Positions 13,601 to 24,713 of a stretch of 64,000 bases of DNA are shown here, one piece after another (within the stretch, counting starts at the first letter, position 1; each line of letters begins with the position of its first letter). Below the pieces are notes generated by a model, which was not told where the DNA came from, made no database searches, and saw nothing but the letters and a program-made list of their open reading frames with translations. The translations under genes were made by a program, and so were the position numbers. Source of the stretch: Chlorokybus atmophyticus (lineage: Eukaryota > Plantae > Mesostigma and Chlorokybus algae); assembly GCA_009103225.1 (NCBI GenBank), contig RHPI01003587.1, positions 62,001 through 126,000 on the forward strand, in the 5' to 3' direction.

Positions 13601-16478
13601 GCAGTAATGGGAGTGAAGCGTAAGAAAGTCACCCCACCTACGCGCGTACAGCCACCACGGCGAACTCGAGGGGACGCCGGGCCATCCTCCACAGGTGGAA
13701 CAGCTTGTTCTGCTGGCCAAGTGGCAACAACAGCAGGAACAACCATAGCGCGTTCGCCGGCCGCCACCACTGGTGCCCCGAAGTCATTGTCTACATCGGC
13801 AGGAGCCCTCGCAAATCCCACTGTAGATGCTGCAATACAAGCCGCCAGGACAGCCGCCACCGCTGCGATTGGTAAAAGTCTCGCGGCAACCATTGTTGCA
13901 ACCTCAGCTGTCCTTGCTGCCAAATCGATGGCAGCAACCTTATCAGCAACAACCATCGCCGCTGCTGATCCCACTGCGCAGCCAACCAGTATTGCAGCTA
14001 TCACCCAGCTCAGTATCGCTGCCTTAGAAACATTCATGGCCGGACCATCAACGTCCACCATGGCTGCCACAGGGGCGGGCCCCTCCACGTTTACGACGGC
14101 GGAGGCAATCTCAACCGGCGCAGCTGACTTACCAGCAGCATTATTCCCGCTCGGACAAGGACCAACACGTACAGCCGCGGGCATGCCAATCACCCCAACG
14201 CACGTTAAAGATGACTAGTTCATGTGGCGCACCGACGAGGATGGCCTGCTATATAGTGTCGACACTTTCCCTCTCTATTGTCAGGAGCTGGCCCGCGACT
14301 TCTGCACGCTTCGCATCATCGACGAGACCCTCACTATGTTCTGGGATCTGTACAAGCGTCATCGGTCGGCCTTAGAGCATCCAGCGTTGCTGGCACCACC
14401 CAACCAAGAGCCGTCCAACCTGGACCATTTCGACGACTTGGACCCTCAGGTGGTTCAATTGTTTTGGGCATTTGTTGCACGTCCGCTGGGCAACGATTCT
14501 AAGTTGGACACATGTTTATGGCATGAGCAATGCCGCCGCTTCTACGCACTAGATCGGGCTTGCCAGTTCCGTGAACAGCAAGTACAGGTGGTCCGTTATT
14601 ATGAACGGGATTACTTTAAAGAAGTCCAGCGGGACATTGACGAAGCACCAGCTGGCGTCATCAGCGACACCCGCGTTGAAGCATATGGCAACATTTGGGT
14701 GAACTGGCCGCAGCATCCCACGGACGAGGACCGGGAGCGCATCAGGCTCGCTTAAATGGGGGCATTGAGCAAATATTTCAGGGGGGACATCGCTGCCCTC
14801 ATCGTCAACATGACCAACACCTGGCCAGCAATTCAGCGTCAACCAGGGAAGTGGTATCTTCAGCAGGGAGCCCACCCGCATATCGCTTGTTAACAAATAC
14901 ACGGGGAGCAACAGTTGCGCACACGCCTGCTGCAGGAAGCCATCTAGGGAACGTTGCAACAACAAGATCCGAAAGGCGCCGCACTTAGAGGGATGCTGCG
15001 ACTACAGCAAACCATGGGAGAACGAGCTCAAGTACTCACCTAGTTGATCAACAACCACCCTGCAGTTCCACTGTTTGCGTTCCCATCAAGACTGCATTGA
15101 ATGAGTGCGTTCATGCGCTCTGTACGGCAAGCCTACGACCAAGTGATGGACCAGTTGCGTCCTTATGGCATTTGTGACAGAGTCACTATGATCGCCCTTA
15201 TGCATCTACCAGGCATCGAGGCAGCACGGTAACTCCGGCGCATCGCGCAGGCCTATGACAACCAGCGTCAACAGCATGACTCGGCCGACACCCTGAGAGG
15301 ATGAGCCATAACAGTGATCGACATAGGTATTATTGGAGGCCGGTGGGACACGTACATGCGAAGCATCCCGGGGATACCCACCATTGGCGACGCATTGAGA
15401 AGGCAGTTGGTACGCGCCGTCTACCTCACGCCTATGCCTCAGGTGGTGGAGTTGGCCGACTGGCGCTACCACCCCTCAGCCACATGGGAGGGCACACTTG
15501 TGCTTGAGGCTGCTCATGCACTCTATTGGACCAACAGGGAGACGGTGGCAGCAATGGAACGCGTTCCTCTACCACCACCACTGCCAGCTCCATTTACTGA
15601 CCCGACGCCTCGTCGCAATCCACCACCGGCGCCGGCACCACCCGGACAGGGGCCAGGGCAGGGGGGTGAAACAGAACCAGGGAGTGCACCAGGATAGGGC
15701 GTAGCTCCTGCCGCAGGAAGAGGAGCCCTGGCAGCTTTGAGGACCAGCACTCTGAAGCAACACCCCACCGCAAACTGTTCCTCGACGTCCCAACCATCGT
15801 GCACGGCTCAACGCCAACGCTGTCATGGTTGCCAACCAGGGCAAGCATGTGAAGATGAACGGATGTGCGCCCAAGCGCGTCGTGCTGGATGGAGGGGCAC
15901 AACCATGTATCATTGGCCGACACTTGGCTAAGGCCTTGGGGCTCACAGCAACATCGCTAGACAGCTTCCCCTTTAAAATTGACACCGCCATGGGAGGACG
16001 AGAAAGCCCCGTTGGCATCACCAAGGAAGTCCTCACCATTACCCTGACTGGGCTTGACCCCACCCACACCACTCAGCTGGCTCAGCGGTGTGTAGTCACC
16101 AACGCCACCAGCTATGACCTGCTGGTTGGACAGGACTTCAGCTACCCCGTAGCCATCGGCATGGACGACTGGACTGAACAAGCATGGTTCAGACCCGGCT
16201 GGCGCAAAGGAGATGGTTCCACCATCGGGCTCCCCCTTGACTTGGTGTTGCCCACACGAGCACGCCAACTCATAGGGGCCACCGCTACAACTGTCGCTGC
16301 GTCACCCATGCCCGACTCTGACATGCAGGACACGGCAACCAAAGAGGTGGCCTTGTAAGACCCTGCAGAGCGCCGCTAGAGAGCAGAGGTGGTTGCACAT
16401 GTGTTGCTGAACAAATAGCCATACCCCACACGCTTTTTAAACTACCACGGAGGGGTCCCGGTTGCAGAGCAGTTCACC

Positions 16479-17480
16479 GTGGCCACCGGAGTCGTGAATT
16501 CTAGCGCGGCGCGGCGCCATCAAGGAGTCACCTTGCTGGAGCTGTTTGGCAGGATTGGCAGCGGCGTGGCAGCCCTTCTCGACACCGGTATCAAAGTAAT
16601 GCAGTATCATTACTGCGACCCTGATCCGCATGCCCAAACTGCTGTTCGCCATCATCTGCGTCAGTTGCACTTGAGCTATCCACACCTCTTGCCATTGTCT
16701 GCATTGCGTGGAAGTTTTAAGGCGTTGCCTCAAGACATTCACCTCATTTTAACTGATCATCTTATTGCCTTGGGCAATGTGGATCTGTTAATTGCTAGAT
16801 GGGAGTGCCAGGGTCACTCCAGGGCCGGCACAGGACAGGGGCTACACAATCCACGCTCCGCACTCCTAGGGTAGCTGCTGCGAGTCATCCACCTGCTGCA
16901 ACACCACCAGATTCAACACCCTCTGACGTACATTATTGAGATGTGTTCACTCCGAGGATGATTGCCGCCACCAGGTGCAGCACAACTACCGTGTCGTGTG
17001 CTCAATCCTTGGCCACCCGACCAGGATGAACGCCGCACGCCATGGGTCACGAGCACACCGCGTTCGCGCCAAGTGGACAAACCTCGCCGCTGCGGAAGAG
17101 CTGACCACCGCTGAGCACCTCCTCAATTCGCGTCCCCAGAACTTGTTCGTGGATGACATCCTCGACGCTGGCAGAATGTCGCAGCCAGTCTCGCCGCAAC
17201 CACGAGCACTTCTATCAGTGCAACCAACCAGAAGAACCACGTCGAGCTCTCCCCACACTGGTCTCATACCCGGGCTTGTATGCCTTCATAGATGGCGGGG
17301 ACGGCATGGTCTTCGACAATTACACAGGCCGATTGAACGAATCCAACGCACCCGAGCGCGAAATGCGCTATGGGTTTCTTCCCAGGCAGCATCACAGGCT
17401 GCTCACTGACAGACAATCAGCAGAGGCTCCTGGGTCGCGCCATAGACCATAACAGTATGGTCTGTTTGCTGGAGATGTGC
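16479..17480 (+). pseudogene. C5 cytosine DNA methyltransferase domain inside Gypsy pol (stop and frameshifts)
   Basis: Motif I LLELFGRIGSG (FxGxG-like); motif IV VDLLIARWECQGHSRAG with Cys at 16806-16808; PRS; motif VI YIIE at ~16929-16940 (frameshift); motif VIII HRVRAKWTN; motif IX EREMRYGF; motif X QRLLGRAIDHNSM. Canonical order. Confidence 0.85.
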
Positions 17481-20400
17481 TTCGCCATTCAAGTCCGATA
17501 GGTGTCTCTCAAGGATCTTGAACACCTGTCTGGGAGTGGGTCAATTGCTCAAATACTATCGTGGCCCACACCGCCCTGGAGCTCGCTCATATGGAAGAGC
17601 AGGCACCAATTATAGTAGAGGATATCCCTGTGAAGGCGACATCCACGTCATGGGATCATGCCATGGGACCCTTGGCTACAGGGCCTGTGAAGGAGCGGTT
17701 GGAGGCTCTCCTCAACAAGTGGAGAGCTCAGTTGAGCTTCAATGTCAAGGAGTTGGGCAAGTGCTCAGTGTACCAAATGGATATCGATCTCGTCGACGAG
17801 GAACCGGTTTTGGAAGGCAGCACGAACTGTCCAAGTTGGAGGAAGATTTGGTGGAGCAGCGATGTAAGGCATTGCTAGAGGCGGGACTCATCGAAGAGTC
17901 CACGTCAGACTTCACCGCCACAATCATGCCCCTCACGAAAGACTCGGAGGGCAATTGGACAAAACAGCGTATGTGTGGGAACTATCGCCCACTCAACAAC
18001 AAGACCAAGCTGCACCGGTACCCAATGCCAACCGCGGAGGGCATCTTCGACGATGTCGGCTCGTGCACTTTGTTCAGCAATCTGGACATGCCGCAGGGGT
18101 ACAACCAGATCGAGATCAAGCCCGAAGACAAGCACAAGACAGCATTTAGGGGCAACCGGCAGCTCTACCACTGGAAGGTCATGCCTTTTTGACTGAAGAA
18201 CGCGCCAGCAAAGTTCCAGCGCGTGATGGACAAGGCGTTGAAGGGATGCTTCTTCGCGCGGTGCTACGACGACATCCTGATCTTCAGCCACACACCAGAA
18301 GAGCATCTCCTCCACATCGAGGAGGTGTTAAGGAGAGTTTAGGCAGTAGGGATGACTGTGCACCCTGACGTGTAACAGTCAAAGCCAAATTTTGTGATTT
18401 TCATGGCCATGTTGGGCCTTATTTGTGAGATATCATGTTTATAGTGACTTATAGCGGATATCGGCGAGTTGCAAGTCTGCCGCAGATATCGACCGACCCA
18501 GGGCCAGTCTGGAAGACGCCGGAAAACGGAGGGCCAGTCGAGAAGGGCTCGACCAGATTTGGAAGGAGGGCCCAGCAACAGGCTTTCGAAGAGCTAAAGC
18601 AGAGGCTCACCTTAGCCCCCATTTTGCAGCAACCAGACTACACCAATCCCTTTGTTTCTCACACCAACTGGAGCAAGCTCGGCATGGGTGCTGGATTGGT
18701 TCAGCTCGACGACAACAAGAGGGTACGGGTGGTGTCCTACGCCAGCCGCAGCAACAACAGCACTGAGGCCAAGTACAGCAATTACGAGAGCGAATGCCTT
18801 GCTGTAGAATGGGCCATTTCCTTCGTCAGACCTTTTCTGTTCAGAATACAGTTCTTACCGATCACCGACCACCAACTGCTGCGTTGGCTCATGACCAACC
18901 AGTACCTTACGGGGAAGTTGGCCAGGTGGGCCCTGCTGCTACAGGAATACGACTTCAAGATCACCCACCGGGTGGGCCTGGTCAACAAGGACGTAGACGG
19001 CCTCAGTTGTAACCCCCACCTTTCCACCAATGACGCCACTGGTGCCCGACATGAGCTGGGTCCAGTGGCACCACCACCACAGGTGGCCACCATATTTGCC
19101 GTAGCAGCATTGCGCTCGTGACGGGACACCATCGTAGGAGCGGCTCCGACAATGCCGGAAAACAGAGGAGATACCAGCGCTCACCCCCGTCAACACCGAC
19201 CCATCTGAACAGACCACGCCAAATGATGCCCAATTCCCGATTGCAGACCTAGGTCAACACATCTTATTGGACAAAAACTTCATGGTCTACCTACAACATG
19301 AACAACAGGTGGCAGGACTATGTGCGCGCGAGCGTGACCGCGTCAGGAAGCGCTGCCAAAACTACCGATGGGAGGATGGACTCATTTTCCGGCGTGTCCA
19401 CATCCATGACAAAGAGGTTCCGGCTCCGCACCGGCGCGAGGGCATCATCTCTGCACTTCACACAGAGGTGGGACACTTTGGTACCAAGCGCACCGTCAGC
19501 TTGGTAAGTGCCCAGTACTGGCGGCATGGCATGCACACCCAAGTTCGCACCTTTGTTGCAAACTGCACGCATTGCGACCTGGCCCGTGCCAGGCTGAACA
19601 CACGCACCAGCACGCTGCATCCACTGCCTATCGTCGGCATGTTCTACCGATGGGGACTGGACATCCTTGGGGATTTAGCACCATCAGCTCGTGGCAACAA
19701 GTACATCCTCGTTATCATCGAGCACTTTTCCAAGTGGGTTGAGCTGGTCGCCCTTCCCAACAAAAGCAGCAAAGGAACCGCTCAAGCTTTCCTCAAACAT
19801 GTGCTTAGTCGCTTCGGCTCATGCGCTGAAGTCATCACCAACCAGGGAGCGGAGTTCCGCGGCGAGTTTGATACCTTGCTGAATCGCTCCTACATCGACA
19901 ACTGGCGCACCTCACGTGACCATCCGCAGGCGGATGGGCTGGTGGAACGTACTGTCCAGACCATCAAGAAAGTCTTGCGCATGTACATCATCGACCACGA
20001 GCAGCGCACCTGCGATGACTACCTCCCCTGGATAGCCCTGGGCTATCGTCTTTCTACGCAAGCTTCCTTGTGCATGTACAGCCCGCATCAGCTGCTGTTT
20101 GGCAGGGAACCCTTACTCCCCTCCCCTTTCGCGCATTAAAGGAAGTGGAACGCGTGCTGGACAACCTTGACAACCCTGTGGTTATACTGCACGATATGCA
20201 ACAGCGCGCCTATTTGTTTGCGCACGTTATCCCCATGGCCATGGGCAATCTCTGCATTGCTCAGCACCGGGACACACTGCACTACGTACGCGTCCGCAGC
20301 AGGTTCTACAAACAGCGCAGTCGCCGCTTCGAGGCGCACGACTATATCTACCACACGATCCAAAACCAAGGACACCCTTGACATCAGTGTCAAGCGTGTC

Positions 20401-20561
20401 GTCTACGAGGTCATGAAGGTACTCCCCTCTGGAGTGATGAATCTACATGGCAACAACGGGGAGCGCCTCAAGGACAACATGGAGAGCTGTGCTCCATGGC
20501 ACCTGCCACACACGCAGGCTTCGACGTCATTCAGCACCTTCGACCCAGTCGCTGCAAGCGT

Positions 20562-20696
20562 TGCGAGAGGTGCGGTAGTGCCGACAACGACGCACTCATG
20601 ATGTTGTGCGATGGCTGCAACAACGGCATACACTGCTACTGCCTCGATCCGCCAAATGACACTGTGCCTCTGAAGGCATATCAGTGTGGAGACTGC
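20562..20696 (+). other. PHD finger (C4HC3) at the end of Gypsy pol
   Basis: CERC-x11-CDGC-x4-H-xx-C-x14-CGDC with all eight ligands present (..MLCDGCNNGIHCYCLDPP..). Confidence 0.9.
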
Positions 20697-20767
20697 CGCA
20701 TCCGTGGTTCTCCTCATTCGCGGTGAAGACTGCTCACTGGAGCAGAGACTTCCCCGGTTTTCGGGGG

Positions 20768-20903
20768 NNNNNNNNNNNNNNNNNNNNNNNNNNNNNNNNN
20801 NNNNNNNNNNNNNNNNNNNNNNNNNNNNNNNNNNNNNNNNNNNNNNNNNNNNNNNNNNNNNNNNNNNNNNNNNNNNNNNNNNNNNNNNNNNNNNNNNNNN
20901 NNN
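20768..20903. other. assembly gap (N run)
   Basis: Run of n characters flanked by G runs. Confidence 1.
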
Positions 20904-23900
20904 GGGGGCTTGTTGACTTGCTCTAAATAGCATTATCAGCAACGCATTTGCATCACGCAAAGCGCACAGCACCACATCGCACCAGATGTTGTTAGCCGCA
21001 CATGTGTTTCCCTCACAAGTAGGTACAGACAGGGGGGGTATTTCTTGCCATCCGTATTGTGCCGCTACACAACCAACAGTCCACAAGGTTGGCCTCATTC
21101 CCCATCATGACAATACGGTTGGGAGCGACCTGGAGGGGCACACGACCCTGCTAGGCCCGACACCTGTGTGTGCGCGGGGGCGAGGGAGGGGGGGGGGGTC
21201 TCAGTTACAGCGTGAATGCGGCTGCGGCGGGATGACCCGGAGCCTTTATTACGGCGGTGTTGCAGCTAGTATGCTTAACAACTGTATTGCGTGGTTGATG
21301 GTCCTGTAGCGTTGCTGATCTTCAAGGGTGAAAGCTTGTAAGCCAATGGGCATGGACATTAATCATGTCAAGGTGCCAATGCGCACGATAATTATCATAT
21401 GGCACAACTTCTCCTCTAGGGTGGAAGATTAGTCTCAATGCAAAAGAGGACCTGCACAACGTTTCCACGCTTATACTCACAATACTTTACCGGGAGGGAC
21501 AAGTGCAGGAGCATGGCTACTTGCAGCACCACCACGCGAAGAGGCACATGTTCTGGCACTAGTTTAGAGCAATGCGGTATGCCCACTGTTGGCCCTCACT
21601 CACCTCATATTGGCGGGCATAGGTTTGTGTGCATGCGGGGAACCATGGTATAACTCGTGAGGAGGGCATTGTGCCTGTTGCACGCTCGAGGGGTATCGCA
21701 TTCGTACTTGCGATACTGTATGTGACTTCAGCATGGTGACCATGCGTAAGGTGGGGTATACGGCCACTTTAGGGCAGCTAGGCTGCTTAACTTTACAGGA
21801 CGGCAAGGCGTGGCACATGAATAGCGTGATTGGAGCCGGGCATCAAAAATAAGCGGACCATTGTGACCATTGTGCGGCGACCAGCAGCCGCCTCCATAGG
21901 CGCGCACGAATGAGCTGCTGCAAGGGAAAGGCGGGAGGCAAGGTAGGAAATGCTACCTTGTTTCATGTTCTGTTGGCTCTTTCATGTCGCGAGCCAGAAA
22001 AACATATGGCTTACTTGGGAAGCCATTTGCGTGTTGACGATTTGCACGCAATTTGTGGTTGCGAGACACGTTATATCATGTGCTTCATCTTTTAATGGCA
22101 ACAGCGAGCAATGATTGCATTGCAGCGAGTGCATGCAACATCATCGTCGATGCTAGTCGCCGCAGCCAGTTTGCATGATAGGGAGACCTTAAAACGATGC
22201 GACCCTAGCAAGGCTGTAACTAATGTTGCTGCATTGGCTTATGCTGATACTGTGTAATAATATCTAGCGTGATTGCATACAAATCGCCAAAGCTGACTCT
22301 TGTGCTATGCTAATAGCCCTTGAACGCACCGCTCCTATGCATTACACTCGCAAGCAACAACATCTCACCTTGGTCTTCAACGTGCGCCCGCCATTGTCCC
22401 CACAATGTAGGCAAGGTATGCCTCAGTAAGGCAACCTTACCACCATGGTGCAATATTATAAGCCACTACATGCATGCCCAAGCACCAATCGAGGGCAACC
22501 TTGTCACCGTTGAGCGTACGATAAAGTGTATCGCAATATCAGTGCTTTGACGCCAACATTGATACCATCGATGTTATCATCTTTAAGCCCAATGTCTTAC
22601 AAACGCTCAACTAACCTTTTTAAATGTTAAAGGTTGCTCCCTTGTTGTCTCCAATGTCCAAGCTCAGGCGCTCAATGCATAACACAAACCAAGCATTTCA
22701 CGCCAAAGATATGCCACATGCACAGCGCTGGGTTATTAAATCCTCAAGAGCATGTTCGACTTAAGGTCTCAATCAATGATGTGTACATGGGTTGGATTGT
22801 ATGCTTGTTCTTGCTCCGTGGTCGCATTTGCCAATGACTTTTTGTTGAATCTCAACCACCAGACCCACCATGCTGATAAGAGCATCAACATGTAGCAGCG
22901 TTGCTGTGGATGATGTTCAGCCATTTCGGGTCACCCCCTACAGGTCGGCATGTATTGCCGCCCGCAAGCAGGGGGAGAGTAGTGAGCAAAAGCTTTTATA
23001 GGTTCAGCACCGTCTCCATCACGGCGGAGGCGGCGCAGTCCACCACCCACCACGCCGCCGCCCGTTGTGTTGCATGGCCTCTGTCAGCCTAAACCTTAGC
23101 ACACTTAAACACTAAGCCCCAGTGACGCACAAGGCAGGTGTGCCCAAGCGCATGAGCAAACCCTAAAGCAGCTGTGACGTGGCGCTCTGTGCGCAAATTG
23201 TTGCAGCTGGTGGTGGGCGGCGATAGCAGTGGTGGTTTGGTTGTCAATGGTGCGCGGCCGCAGGTGTCGAGTTGTATCAATCCTATAGCGGCGCATCAGC
23301 TATGGTGAGCCTTGAGTGTACGACGACAACTGTCGAACTATGTACATGTGCGTGCTTGAATTGGCGCCGTTGAAGTGCAATGAGCCCACAGAATAGCAAC
23401 CAAAATCGGACAAAGCTCTTAAACAAGGGAGTCTGCATGTTCTTAGGCTAAGGATCCATGGAAACGCCATTTGATACGGTCGCCAAACGCTGATATTAGT
23501 TATTTGAGATTTTTAAACATATGTATAGCAGTTTGCAGTGTCAACGATCGGCCAAATGTCTATTCGATCCTATATAAAGTTATGTCATGCTCTTATGGTA
23601 GCGAACTTATCTTAAAAGTCATCGCTTTTATTTTGAGCCATTTCGAGGTTTGTATGTTGTCTGACACGCCTCACGTTGCTACTTAAACAGACATTTCGTT
23701 TCACACTTAACGACGTGTTCATTGCCTAATGCATACGGCGTCCGTGCATCCAACGTCTTCATCACTCCAGGTAATGGCTTTTCATAGTAGTCGCCCGCTC
23801 GTTGCTAAGGGTTGTCCCCTTGTAGTTTTGGTTTGAAGTGTGTGCAACCTTGTTGTCATCAATGGCGGCGGCGGCGGCATCGTCCTCGCCTGTCAGCCAT

Positions 23901-24199
23901 TTCCCTAATCTTAAAGACAAATGCGGCATTTAAGGCTGTTCGCCCTTCCTTCCCGTGTGCTACAACTTCTACGTGTGGCCTCTGTTGTCACACACAAGTA
24001 CCAAGCGGCTTGGTTTCTCTTAAACAACGTCTTTATGTTTCTGCTTTGCATGATGTGGGCAGGCAACATGCATCTCTCCGTATGTCAATCGTCTAGATAG
24101 CAGGTGCATGCGCCATATGCATTGAAGGACGCGGTTTAAGATGCTGTCTGTTGCATGTCTGCTTGCTGTTTCGGCGTTGCATGCAATGGGGAGGCAAAA

Positions 24200-24713
24200 T
24201 GTCACAGCCCACTCGACCACAAAAGACTTAGTGCTTTTATGGTCGATTTATGGTAATTTAATGTGCCTTCCCGTTACATTCCCCCCCCCACTTCAGAACG
24301 CTGACGTCCTCGGCAACTGGCGCTCTCATCAGCTGGGGAATTTTCTTCCCAGGGGTCTGATTTAGGGTCGGTCACCGGCCCCACCATCCAAGGACCGGCT
24401 AATTTAGGCTCATACCGGTCAACGCGCGCGTAGCGCGCCGCGGTAGGCAGGTCGCGCCCTGCCGCGCCGACTGAACTGGTCAGTTCGGCGCAACTGCCAT
24501 TAGGCAAGTCGCGACCCATCGATGATGGCACTCATAAAGTGACCATTTACGATGTTATTGGATCGAGAAACAACGACCGCGAAATTCGTGTGCAAGGCAG
24601 GAATTGAACCCGGGTCTCAAGCTCCGATGACCAATGTCACAGCCCACTCGACCACAAAAGACTTAGTGCTTTTATGGTCGATTTGTGGTAATATGATGTG
24701 CCTTCCGGTTACA
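24200..24713 (-). mobile_element. TRIM (terminal-repeat retrotransposon in miniature), 514 bp
   Basis: 79-bp direct repeats 24200-24278 and 24635-24713 (4 mismatches) reading TGTAAC...GTGACA on minus; PBS-like TGGTCATCGGAGC (24621-24633); PPT GAAGTGGGGGGGGGAA (24279-24294); flanks CAAAA/CAAAC; no ORF. Confidence 0.88.

Larger units (their letters stand above)
10955..20767 (+). mobile_element. Ty3/Gypsy LTR retrotransposon (degenerate): gag - protease - DNMT - RT - RNase H - integrase - PHD; 3' end lost at gap
   Basis: Gag (PTFSG..LDEWIIKF; zinc knuckle CDHCHKTGHLEAVC at 13255); protease VVLDGGAQP (~15880); RT (YPMP, LDMPQGYNQI, WKVMPF, YDD); RNase H (LAPILQQPD, TDHQ, LARWALLLQEYDF); integrase (HxxxGH..CxxC, GLDILG, GLVER). 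PR-RT-RH-INT order is Gypsy. The 5' noncoding 10960-11850 aligns by eye with 63750-62900 (minus copy). Left boundary approximate. Confidence 0.9.

Noticed and set aside
21000-24100. Possible genes in the intergenic stretch (also 24800-26600, 38200-40700)
   Set aside because: Only short ORFs without recognisable motifs; probably decayed repeats.
24213-24246. loxP/FRT-like 13-8-13 site in direct repeat, tempting given a tyrosine recombinase in the window
   Set aside because: Both copies lie in TRIM LTRs with PBS, PPT and TSD, so duplication is explained by retrotransposition; nothing links it to the Crypton 31 kb away.
24590-24661. tRNA gene on the minus strand
   Set aside because: A and B boxes are present, but the acceptor and anticodon stems do not pair.
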